Shown in pieces: positions 45,731 through 53,842 of a stretch of 54,393 nucleotides of DNA. Position numbers and translations under genes: made by a program. The DNA is taken from IMG/VR virus record IMGVR_UViG_3300028840_006732. One strand, written 5' to 3'. This DNA is from a virus. Its lineage: Duplodnaviria > Heunggongvirae > Uroviricota > Caudoviricetes. The notes below the pieces were generated by a model, which was given only the letters and a program-made list of their open reading frames with translations, had not been told where the DNA came from and did not search any database. Position 1 is the stretch's first letter. The number at the start of each line of letters is the position of its first letter.

Positions 45731-46006
45731 GTGCACTGGATCTTCACCGCCATCCTGTGGATCGTCTGCGTCTGCGTCGGCCTCTTCGGGCTGGCGATGC
45801 TGGCGGCGCTCGCCATCATCATCCTCAAAGCCGTCTGGCGGAAGGTCGTCATCCCGCTCTACTGCCGCGTGGCCATCTTCCTGCAATACTGGGTGCTGTA
45901 TCGCATGCTCAAGCGCTGCCCCATGTGCTGGCACAGGATGCGTGACACTGGGATTCGCTTCGACGACGGTCCGTGGTACAAGTGTGGAAACTGTGAGGGC
46001 CACTGA
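45731..46006 (+). CDS. small membrane protein with C-terminal CxxC...CxxC
   Basis: Long hydrophobic N-terminal helix; CPMC and CGNC. Confidence 0.55.
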   Translation: MHWIFTAILWIVCVCVGLFGLAMLAALAIIILKAVWRKVVIPLYCRVAIFLQYWVLYRMLKRCPMCWHRMRDTGIRFDDGPWYKCGNCEGH

Positions 46007-46034
46007 AAGTCGTAGCTCCAAGGAGGGCAGTACG

Positions 46035-46379
46035 ATGATGGCAGCGCTGTTCAAGTGGTTGGCGCAGTGGGCCTTGAAGGCCGGGGCCAACTGGCTGGCC
46101 GGCTTTCTCCTGTACTACTATCGCAAGTGGATGCGGGAGCTGGCCAAGGAGCGGAAGGAGATCCGCCGGGCGCTGATGCGGCGGATGACCAGGCAGGAAG
46201 TCCACGACTGGAACGCGAGGGCGATCATCGAGTCGGCAGGCTGGGTCGGAGGCAGCTACACGGAGCGGGACATCCGTGAGACGGCGCTGAACGCCCACGC
46301 CGACCAGTTCCGCGAACCCCAGATCGCTTTCATGAAGCAGCGGATCGAGGAGACGGCCGACGACGAGTTCACGTTGTGA
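46035..46379 (+). CDS. small protein with N-terminal amphipathic/TM helix and charged coiled region
   Basis: ATG 46035 behind AGGAGG. Confidence 0.6.
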   Translation: MMAALFKWLAQWALKAGANWLAGFLLYYYRKWMRELAKERKEIRRALMRRMTRQEVHDWNARAIIESAGWVGGSYTERDIRETALNAHADQFREPQIAFMKQRIEETADDEFTL

Positions 46380-46387
46380 GGAAGCTA

Positions 46388-47020
46388 ATGAAGGTATTCT
46401 GCGTTGGAGCCGGCCGCACGGGCAGCTTGTCCCTCTCGCTGGCCTTGAAGCGGCTGGGCTACAACGTGGCCGGCCAGGCCAAACGCTACGCCCTCATCCA
46501 AGACTGGGCCGTGCGGCGCTGGGGTCCGCTGCTGGAGCACTGCCGCACGGCCGAGGCCTTTCACGACGCCCCTTTCAGCCACCCCTTCACCTATGTGGTG
46601 TTGGACCAGGCGTTCCCATCGAGTAAGTTCATTCTCACGGTAAGGGACTGCTCCGCGCAGTGGTACAAGTCGCTGGTGGGCTTCCACTCCGTCCTCACTG
46701 CGGACGGCAAACGAACGCCCACGGCGGACGACTTGAAGGCTTTTGCCGGTGGCTGGTTGTACCGCACGGTGAAGATTCTCCGGGACGTACCGGACGACGA
46801 TCTCTACAACCGGGAGACGTGCATCCGCTACTATGAGCGCCACTGCGAGAGCGTCCGGGAGTATTTTCGTTTTCGCGAGGACCTGCTGGTGCTGAACGTG
46901 AGCGAGGAGGATGCCTTCCCCCGGCTCTGCCGGTTCCTGGACAAACCCGTCATCGAGGAGCCGTTCCCTCACACAAACTCCACCGCCGCTTGGCGAGATC
47001 ATATACAGGGGAAGCAATGA
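46388..47020 (+). CDS. sulfotransferase (Sulfotransfer_4-like, P-loop fold)
   Basis: KVFCVGAGRTGSLSL..AL..LG, DAPF, KFILTVRD...WY.S, LC.FL...PFPH.N. Confidence 0.85.
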   Translation: MKVFCVGAGRTGSLSLSLALKRLGYNVAGQAKRYALIQDWAVRRWGPLLEHCRTAEAFHDAPFSHPFTYVVLDQAFPSSKFILTVRDCSAQWYKSLVGFHSVLTADGKRTPTADDLKAFAGGWLYRTVKILRDVPDDDLYNRETCIRYYERHCESVREYFRFREDLLVLNVSEEDAFPRLCRFLDKPVIEEPFPHTNSTAAWRDHIQGKQ

Positions 47021-48597
47021 GCGCCGACGTCGACATCGTCATCATCTCCTGCGGCAAGCTGCCGCATCTCCGCAAGTTCACGCAGGGCGCCATCGCGAGC
47101 TGCCGAAAGTCGTCCGACAAGCTCATCTTCAACATCACCGTGGTCGAGACCCACGAGGACGGGGAGAAGGAGTACGAGGGAGCCGACCGCACGGTCTTCT
47201 GGGTGCCTTCGGACGGGCAGTTCAACTACAACCGCGTGCTGAACTTCGGCACCCACTTCGGCGATGCACCCTACGTGGTGCACGCCAACAACGACCTGCG
47301 ATTCCACCCGCACTGGGCGGAACGGCTGATCCAGACAATGCAGAAGTACAAGATCCGCAGCGTCTCTCCCCGCTGTCCCCGGCACGCCGAGCAGAAGAAG
47401 TTCCGCGGCCAGAAGGAGCCGGCCTACGGCTATGCGATCCGCCAGGAGATGTCCGGCTGGTGCGTGATGATGGAGAGGTCGCTCTGGCGTGAGCTGGGCG
47501 GTTTGTGGGAAGATGTGCCCTACTGGTACTCGGACGTGATGTACGTCGACCAGCTCCAGGCGGCCGACGTGAAGCATGCCCTGGTGCCGCTGAGCCTGGT
47601 GACGCACTGGGCCAACCGCACGACGCGGAAACTGCCCAAGGAGCCTCGCCGGGAGATGACCCAGGGCGCCAAGCCCCACTACCAGAAGGCCAAGAGAATC
47701 CGAGCCGCCACGATGACCAGCCCCTATGCCAACCTCGGCTTCGCCAAGGAGAACGTCCCCGGCAAGGAGCTGAGCACGCTGAAGATCGGCGGCCCCCTGC
47801 GTCATGTCCTCCGCCCCAACAACCTGGAGTCGCTGAAGAAGGCCTGCTTGCGGGCCGACGACCGCGACGACCCCGTCCTCATGCTGGGCGGCGGCAGCAA
47901 CATCCTCTTCCCCGACGAAGGCTGGCCCGGGCTGGTGATCCTCACCAAGGATCTCAGCCACTTCCACATGGAAAACAAGCTCGCCGTGGCCTGGCCGGGG
48001 CTGATGTACGCCAGCTTCCTCCGCCAGGCGGCCCTGCGCAACCTGGCCGGCGTGTTCCAGATCGCCCACGTGCCGGGGACGATGGGTGGCAGCGTGGTGA
48101 TGAACGCCGGTTTCGGCCCCACGGAGGGCAAGGACATCGCCAAGTACCTGGTCCGCGTGGAGGTCTTCAACCGCGAGAAAGCCAAGACGGTAACGCTCAC
48201 CAAGGAGCAGTGCCAGTTCGGCTACCGCACGAGCATCTTCCGCGGCCGTCCCGACCTGCTGGTGCTGCGGAGCTACTTCACCTTGCCGGCGATGGACCGC
48301 AAGGCTGCTGAGTCGACGATCGTCTCCTCCCAGAAGAGCGCTGCCAAGTTCATCCGGGCCTGCGGCCAGGGCTGTCCCAACGCCGGCAGCGTGTTCATTC
48401 ACACGAGCTACGACCCTCCCAAGGGCGTCAAGGGGATGAACCGGGGCGGCGCCTGCTGGTCGGAGACCAACCCCAACTGGATCAACAATCTCGGAGGAGC
48501 GACGGCCGCCGACGTCAAGTGGCTGATCGACGAGGCCAAGCGTCTCTGCAAGGAGCAAGGAAAACCGGAACCCGAATTGGAACTGATCGTGGTATGA
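47017..48597 (+). CDS. murB: fusion: family 2 glycosyltransferase + MurB-like FAD-dependent enolpyruvyl reductase
   Basis: N-half: VDIVIIS, FNYNRVLN, ANNDLRF, SGWC, WYSD. C-half (from about 47725): STLKIGG, LGGGSNILF, PGTMGGSVVMNAG, FGYRTSIF, PNAGSVF, NNLGGATAAD, ELELIVV. The symbol refers to the C-terminal domain only. Confidence 0.85.
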   Translation: MSADVDIVIISCGKLPHLRKFTQGAIASCRKSSDKLIFNITVVETHEDGEKEYEGADRTVFWVPSDGQFNYNRVLNFGTHFGDAPYVVHANNDLRFHPHWAERLIQTMQKYKIRSVSPRCPRHAEQKKFRGQKEPAYGYAIRQEMSGWCVMMERSLWRELGGLWEDVPYWYSDVMYVDQLQAADVKHALVPLSLVTHWANRTTRKLPKEPRREMTQGAKPHYQKAKRIRAATMTSPYANLGFAKENVPGKELSTLKIGGPLRHVLRPNNLESLKKACLRADDRDDPVLMLGGGSNILFPDEGWPGLVILTKDLSHFHMENKLAVAWPGLMYASFLRQAALRNLAGVFQIAHVPGTMGGSVVMNAGFGPTEGKDIAKYLVRVEVFNREKAKTVTLTKEQCQFGYRTSIFRGRPDLLVLRSYFTLPAMDRKAAESTIVSSQKSAAKFIRACGQGCPNAGSVFIHTSYDPPKGVKGMNRGGACWSETNPNWINNLGGATAADVKWLIDEAKRLCKEQGKPEPELELIVV

Positions 48598-49502
48598 AGA
48601 AGACTAAGCGTTGCGTCGAACTCTTGACCGTTGGCCTGTGGCACGACTCGGTGGGCGACATCGCCCTGATGCAGGCCACGGCCCAGCAGCTTTCCATCCG
48701 CGGCGTCCCCGTAATGTGCCGCAGCATCTCCACTGGAAGCCGGCCCTGCGTGGTGGGAGGCGGCTACCTGCTGTCGAACATCACCAGCGGCATGTGGAGC
48801 CACGTCCTAAGGCCCTTCCAGGTCCGCGGCGGCCACTTCCTCAACGCCGTGGGCGTGGGCGGCAGGGGAGACTACGGCTTCGTCGGGGACTGGAAGTATG
48901 TCTCCGTGCGTGACCATGTCAGCCGCGACTTCCTCGCCCCCTCGCTGCCCAAGGACAAGGAGATCCACCTCGTTCCCTGCCCGGCCGTGTTGTTGGAGGT
49001 GCCCAACGTCACCTACCTGCGGCGCTGTCCCGGCGGCGAGGTGATGAAGGATCTGCCGCTCCAGGGCTTCGTGGTCGTGGACTGCGAAGCGGAGTGGGCC
49101 CACGGCAAGATCAAGGAGCCGCTCTTGCCCCTGGACACGCGGCCCTGGATGAAGAAGGGCTGGCTGGGCAAGCCGCTGCGCAACCAGACGCGGTCCCCGG
49201 AGATGATGATGGGGATCATGAAGTGCGCCAAGGCGGTGATCACCGAGAGCCTTCACATGTCCATCATGGCGATGGCCGTTGGGGTGCCCTTCGTCGTCTC
49301 CGCCAGGGGAGGCACGGCTGCCAAGCCGGCCGCCTATTTCAAGCGGGCCGGCATCCCGGAGATCGTCGTCAAGCCCAACGCCAACATCGTCAACCAGGCT
49401 TTGGAGCTGCACACCAAGATGCTGGCGGTCCGCAAGCTGGAGCAGGATCGGGCCCGCAAGCATCTCGATGCCATGGTGGAGCTGATGGATGAGCCCGTTT
49501 GA
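48594..49502 (+). CDS. polysaccharide pyruvyl transferase family protein
   Basis: GLWHDSVGD.A, VVGGG, AVGVG, VSVRD..S, CPAVLL, ESLHMSIMA...GVP; ATGA-coupled to the GT2-MurB gene. Confidence 0.82.
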   Translation: MKKTKRCVELLTVGLWHDSVGDIALMQATAQQLSIRGVPVMCRSISTGSRPCVVGGGYLLSNITSGMWSHVLRPFQVRGGHFLNAVGVGGRGDYGFVGDWKYVSVRDHVSRDFLAPSLPKDKEIHLVPCPAVLLEVPNVTYLRRCPGGEVMKDLPLQGFVVVDCEAEWAHGKIKEPLLPLDTRPWMKKGWLGKPLRNQTRSPEMMMGIMKCAKAVITESLHMSIMAMAVGVPFVVSARGGTAAKPAAYFKRAGIPEIVVKPNANIVNQALELHTKMLAVRKLEQDRARKHLDAMVELMDEPV

Positions 49503-50004
49503 TGGCCGTACGATCGACGAAGAGGAGTTTGGGATCATCGCCAGGCTCGTCCGCGAGCTGGCGATCGAGTCCGTCGTGGAGTTCGGGATGGGTGTGTCGA
49601 CGCATCTGTTCCGGACGCTGAAGTTCTATGCCGGCTTGGAGACGCACGAGCCCACGATCGCCTGCTTCCCCGAGCTGGATAGGGCCGGCAAGGTCTACCG
49701 CGTGGATCTCTATAGGGAGGTCAAGCTGCTTCCGGTAAAGATGACCGTCGACCTGGTCTTCGTCGACGCCCCCGAGGCCTGGGACGAGACGATGCTGCAC
49801 GAAAGTTGCGCCCGCTTCTTCCCTGTGCAGGCGGCTGCGGAGATCGCCGAGATGATCATCATGCACGACACCAAGCGGGAGGGAGAGCGGGCCACGATCT
49901 CTCGCTTGCTGGGTGATTGGACGGAGAAGCGGTTCGATACTGCACGCGGTCTATCGTTGTTCAACAGAAAGAGGAAGAAGTCATGTGGCTCTGTACCCGA
50001 GTAG
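49489..50004 (+). CDS. small SAM-dependent methyltransferase-like protein
   Basis: VVEFGMGVST (motif I), DLVFVDAP, IIMHD. Confidence 0.7.
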   Translation: MSPFDGRTIDEEEFGIIARLVRELAIESVVEFGMGVSTHLFRTLKFYAGLETHEPTIACFPELDRAGKVYRVDLYREVKLLPVKMTVDLVFVDAPEAWDETMLHESCARFFPVQAAAEIAEMIIMHDTKREGERATISRLLGDWTEKRFDTARGLSLFNRKRKKSCGSVPE

Positions 50005-50312
50005 GGATGTGGGAGCAGCCTCCCGGCACCATCTACCAGACCTTCGAGCCTATGATCCTCGGTCCCTTGATGATCAAAGGGGAGAACGTCGGGGACAACG
50101 ACTGGTTTGAGATGCCGTTGGGCCTCCAGATGCAGGAATCACCGGACGACGGGCGCTGGCAGGCCGTGCTCGATTGCTCAACCTGCCGCGAGGCCACCTT
50201 CGATCCCGAGCTGCGGTACCTGGTCTACGACTCCCGGGATGTCGAGTCGTTGATCGCCAAGCTGAAAGGCGAGATGCACGAGGTGATGGACGTCAACTAT
50301 CCGGTGGAATGA
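49983..50312 (+). CDS. small hypothetical protein
   Basis: ATG 49983 behind GAGGAAG; 109 aa. Confidence 0.5.
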   Translation: MWLCTRVGMWEQPPGTIYQTFEPMILGPLMIKGENVGDNDWFEMPLGLQMQESPDDGRWQAVLDCSTCREATFDPELRYLVYDSRDVESLIAKLKGEMHEVMDVNYPVE

Positions 50313-50313
50313 C

Positions 50314-50964
50314 ATGTTCTTCTCCTACGCCCACAAGCTGCTGTTCGTCCATCCGCCCAAGTGCGGCGGCTCCTCGATCGCGCAGATCCTGGCCCGGGCC
50401 ACGGGGGCCAGGGAGAACGCCCTGGACATGGAGCCGGAGCTGCCCAAGCTCTGCTCCGTGAGGCTAAAGCACCTGCCCGCCAAGGCCATCAAGGAGCTGC
50501 TGCGCAACGACCCGCTCTGGGATGAGCTGTACATCTTCACCACGGCCCGCAACTCCTGGGCTCGCTTCGTCTCGCTCTACTTCCACCTGCGGGAGAAGGT
50601 GCCCAAGAACTTCGGCGGCACGCCGTTCCACCGGCAGTTCGTGGCGGACGCCCAGCGTTACGGTTTTCGTCACTGGCTGGACAAGTACCTGGGCGGCCCC
50701 TACTGCGAGTCATTGGCCTTCTACGTGATCGGGGAAGGGCGTAAGCTGTTGGTCGATCGGATCTTCCCCGAGCCTTGGAACGACGACGTCCGTAACGCTC
50801 TCAGGAGTCTGGGATTGAATACCCCGGCGCAGATGCCCGTGCTCAACCGGAGAAGGAAGAGCCGCAAGCACTACAGCGACTACTACAACACTCCACTTCG
50901 CCGCAAGGTCCGCAAGGCGTGTGCCTGGGAGATCGAGCGGTTTGGCTTCACTTTCGACGAGTGA
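50314..50964 (+). CDS. sulfotransferase (Sulfotransfer_2 / carbohydrate sulfotransferase-like)
   Basis: LFVHPPKCGGSSI (5'-PSB), FTTARNSWARFVSLY (3'-PB). Confidence 0.85.
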   Translation: MFFSYAHKLLFVHPPKCGGSSIAQILARATGARENALDMEPELPKLCSVRLKHLPAKAIKELLRNDPLWDELYIFTTARNSWARFVSLYFHLREKVPKNFGGTPFHRQFVADAQRYGFRHWLDKYLGGPYCESLAFYVIGEGRKLLVDRIFPEPWNDDVRNALRSLGLNTPAQMPVLNRRRKSRKHYSDYYNTPLRRKVRKACAWEIERFGFTFDE

Positions 50965-50982
50965 TTACGGGAGAAAGACGCC

Positions 50983-51432
50983 ATGTACGTGAAAAACGTG
51001 CTTGTAGCTTTGTTGTTTGCGATAATCGTGCTCGCCGGACAGGCTCCCTGCCCGGCGAACGAACCTCTTGCCTACTACTCCAGGCCTCACAGGGCGTTGG
51101 ACCGCCTGGCCGAGGGCTATGCTCGGTGGATGGCGATTCATCGGACTCAGGGTGGTCATCACGGGTGGAGCGAGGGCCGGTGGCAGGCAGCATTGAGAGC
51201 GACGGGAGGAAGCAGGGCAGCCGAGATTACCGCCGAGACGTGGCCGAACCAGCCGAACCTCTCTTGGGAGGAGCAGTGGGCGGAGTATGCCAAGGACTGG
51301 TCTCGATCCAGGGGGCAAGGAGGTGGCGCCAATCATTGGGGCGTAGCCGGCAGGAGACATCGCTGGATCGGAACCGGTTCAGCTCGTGGGCGTAACGGCA
51401 CCTGGTATGGGTGCTTGATCGCCGTAGATTAG
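50983..51432 (+). CDS. Sec-exported CAP/SCP-like protein
   Basis: Signal peptide MYVKNVLVALLFAIIVLA; AEITA, W..S.G...H, IGTGSARG..G.WYGC. Confidence 0.55.
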   Translation: MYVKNVLVALLFAIIVLAGQAPCPANEPLAYYSRPHRALDRLAEGYARWMAIHRTQGGHHGWSEGRWQAALRATGGSRAAEITAETWPNQPNLSWEEQWAEYAKDWSRSRGQGGGANHWGVAGRRHRWIGTGSARGRNGTWYGCLIAVD

Positions 51433-51441
51433 GAGGAACTC

Positions 51442-52068
51442 ATGAACAGACGTGACTTCATCATCAAGACGGCCGGTGCCGGTGCTTTGGCTGCGACCGG
51501 TCTCGGTTTCACCGGCAAGTCCGAGGCAAAGGAGGCTTCGCCGGCAGCTTCTTGCGTGGCCAAAGATGAGAGGCTGTACCCGTTCTCCGATGAGAGGCTG
51601 TACCTGCTCTCCAAGGCCGTCCTCCCGGAGGATATTAGCGTCCTGAAATCCCTCGGGTTGGACTTGACTTGGCAGGAGTGCAGGGCCTTGTGCCAGATGC
51701 TGCCAGACCCGCACGCCTTCTTCGCTGGCTCGCGGAAGTGTGTGGATTACCTCCGGAGCTGCCAGCATGCCGAGGCGCGTCATCTCGGGTGCCGTACGCT
51801 TCGTGAGCGTCGGAGCGATACTGAACTGTCGCCTACGGTTTCCCAGGACGTCCTCGGGATCTCCGTGCAGGATGACATCGACGCCGTCCTGGCTCTCGGC
51901 CCGTCCGCGGGCTTCGCGAGGATGCTCGTCCCGCTGGCGAAGTCGTTGGCGGCCCACATCCACGAGAACAAGAGGATCGTGGCGCTTGTGCGCCCCCAGC
52001 TCTATTTCGCGCGGGAGGCTTTCTTGGTGACTGTCGCTTGCTACCAGGTGGTCGCTTACGATGAGTAA
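51442..52068 (+). CDS. exported protein with twin-arginine signal peptide
   Basis: MNRRDFIIKTAGAGALAATGLGFTGKSEA; AGGAGG SD. Confidence 0.75.
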   Translation: MNRRDFIIKTAGAGALAATGLGFTGKSEAKEASPAASCVAKDERLYPFSDERLYLLSKAVLPEDISVLKSLGLDLTWQECRALCQMLPDPHAFFAGSRKCVDYLRSCQHAEARHLGCRTLRERRSDTELSPTVSQDVLGISVQDDIDAVLALGPSAGFARMLVPLAKSLAAHIHENKRIVALVRPQLYFAREAFLVTVACYQVVAYDE

Positions 52069-52639
52069 GGACCGAGAGATCCAGAAACGCCTGGCCCTGC
52101 ACGCCCAGAAGCTGCCCAGCCAGGCCAAGCTGCTGATGGGCGAGGGGAGCTACGGCTCTCCGGCCCTGCGGGGCCGACTGAGCACGGTGCGGATCGGCAA
52201 ATACTGCTCGATCGCCGACAACGTGACCTTCGATGCCGGGGAGAACCACAACACCGGCAACATCAGCACCTATCCCTTCAACATCCTCTTTCCCGCGGAG
52301 TGCGGGCACATCAAGACCCACCCGGTGACCAAGGGCGACATCACCGTGGGCCACGACGTCTGGATCGCCGCCGGGGCCTACATCCTGGGCGGCGTGGTCG
52401 TCGGCCACGGGGCGGTGATTGGAGGCCGTGCCGTGGTCTCCCGCAACGTGGAGCCCTACGCCGTGGCCGTGGGCAATCCGGCCCGCACGGTCGGCTACCG
52501 CTTCAGCCCCGAGGACATCGAGAAGCTCCTCATGCTCAAGTGGTGGGACTGGCCCCGAGCCAAGATCCTCAAGCATGTCGAGCTGCTGATGTCCGGCAAC
52601 GTGGACGCCCTGATCCGTGCCTCACGAAAGAAGAAGTGA
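52061..52639 (+). CDS. left-handed beta-helix O-acetyltransferase (CatB/Vat-related)
   Basis: IGKYCSIA, ISTYPF, KGDITVGHDVWI, GNPAR, LKWWDWP. Confidence 0.88.
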   Translation: MSKDREIQKRLALHAQKLPSQAKLLMGEGSYGSPALRGRLSTVRIGKYCSIADNVTFDAGENHNTGNISTYPFNILFPAECGHIKTHPVTKGDITVGHDVWIAAGAYILGGVVVGHGAVIGGRAVVSRNVEPYAVAVGNPARTVGYRFSPEDIEKLLMLKWWDWPRAKILKHVELLMSGNVDALIRASRKKK

Positions 52640-53181
52640 TGAGTTTTTCCTACAGCCTCCGCAAGGAGCACATCGCAGAAATCCTCGGGCTGACGGACGA
52701 AGCCGGCGGCGACGAGACGGTGGTCAACACCGTCAACGTCCGCCTGGAGCAGATGTTCCGCCAGGAGATCGACGCCACGCCCGAGCTGGTGATGCTGCAT
52801 GGGGAGGACCTGGAGAAGCTCGCCAACTGGTCCCCGGCATGGCGAGGCCGGGGCAAGCGGATCGAGACCCAAGAGTTTCCCGTCAAGCGGGCGGACGGCC
52901 TCACTCGCAGGCTGATGACCAACCTCAACGCCGCGCCGGGTATGCTGGCCGAGCAGCTCCGGCAGACGGGCCGTTTCATCTTCTGCCACTCTCCGATCCT
53001 CGACGTGAATCGCGAGGCCGGCTACCCTATTCTGAAGATCTGGATGCGCGTGATCTTCGCCCCCGAAGAACTGGACCCGGAGCCCGACAATGAAGATCCT
53101 GGTGGTGCTGCCGGCGAGGAAGGGCAGCAAGAGCGTTCTCGACAAGAACGTGATGATGTTGAATGGGAGAAGGGTCTTTGA
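52639..53181 (+). CDS. hypothetical protein
   Basis: 180 aa, coupled to the acetyltransferase stop. Confidence 0.6.
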   Translation: MSFSYSLRKEHIAEILGLTDEAGGDETVVNTVNVRLEQMFRQEIDATPELVMLHGEDLEKLANWSPAWRGRGKRIETQEFPVKRADGLTRRLMTNLNAAPGMLAEQLRQTGRFIFCHSPILDVNREAGYPILKIWMRVIFAPEELDPEPDNEDPGGAAGEEGQQERSRQERDDVEWEKGL

Positions 53182-53842
53182 GTACGTGCTCGACGACCTC
53201 GATCTCAGCGTGTACCGCGGCAAGATGACGATCGTGGCCAGCACGGACAGTGGGGCGTATCGCGAGCTGTTCATGAAGGCTGGCGTGGAGACGATTGGCC
53301 GTCCCGCAGCGCTGGCCACCGACACGGCGCCGACGCTGCCTGTGCTGTGGAACGTCCTGCCCCGGATGGAGAAGCGCTGCGGCCACCGGTTCGACGCTGT
53401 GATGGACATCTATCCGTGCTGCCCTATTCGTCCTCGGGGCTTCATCGACAAGGTGATCGACCTCTGGAAGAAGGAGCCGCGCTACAGCATCATGCCGGTG
53501 CTGCCCTGCCCGCAGAGGTTTCATCCCACCCTGGCCGTGCCCATCGACGACAACGGCCAGCTTCACTACGTCATACCTTACGGCGATCAGGCGAAGCAGG
53601 CGTATCGCCTGTCTGTCTACCTGGCCGGTGGCGCCGGCTTCCTCATCCCCAGGCAGAATTTCGACATCTACCCCAACCCTTCACCGCCCGGGGATGCCCA
53701 CCTGGGTTTCGGGGAGCGGAAGGGGATCGTAGTCGATCCCTCCCGCTTTGTGGACATCGACAGCCCGGAGGACGTGCGTCGAGCGATTGCGCTGCTCCTA
53801 AGAGGGAAGGCCCTGGGAGTCTGCGATGCGCCTACCGACTAG
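53090..53842 (+). CDS. CMP-nonulosonic-acid synthetase (NeuA/PseF/LegF-type cytidylyltransferase)
   Basis: LPARKGSKSVLDKN, VASTD, RPAALATD, VDIDSPED. Confidence 0.85.
   Translation: MKILVVLPARKGSKSVLDKNVMMLNGRRVFEYVLDDLDLSVYRGKMTIVASTDSGAYRELFMKAGVETIGRPAALATDTAPTLPVLWNVLPRMEKRCGHRFDAVMDIYPCCPIRPRGFIDKVIDLWKKEPRYSIMPVLPCPQRFHPTLAVPIDDNGQLHYVIPYGDQAKQAYRLSVYLAGGAGFLIPRQNFDIYPNPSPPGDAHLGFGERKGIVVDPSRFVDIDSPEDVRRAIALLLRGKALGVCDAPTD

Noticed and set aside
20149-48558. Long minus-strand ORFs (20149-21903, 27586-29559, 32393-33826, 43146-45530, 46999-48558 and others)
   Set aside because: They mirror well-supported plus-strand genes, lack motifs and are the expected antisense shadows of high-GC3 coding sequence.
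52061-52639. Antibiotic-resistance gene (catB/vat)
   Set aside because: The family match is clear, but the glycan-locus context makes sugar O-acetylation more plausible; sequence alone does not support resistance.
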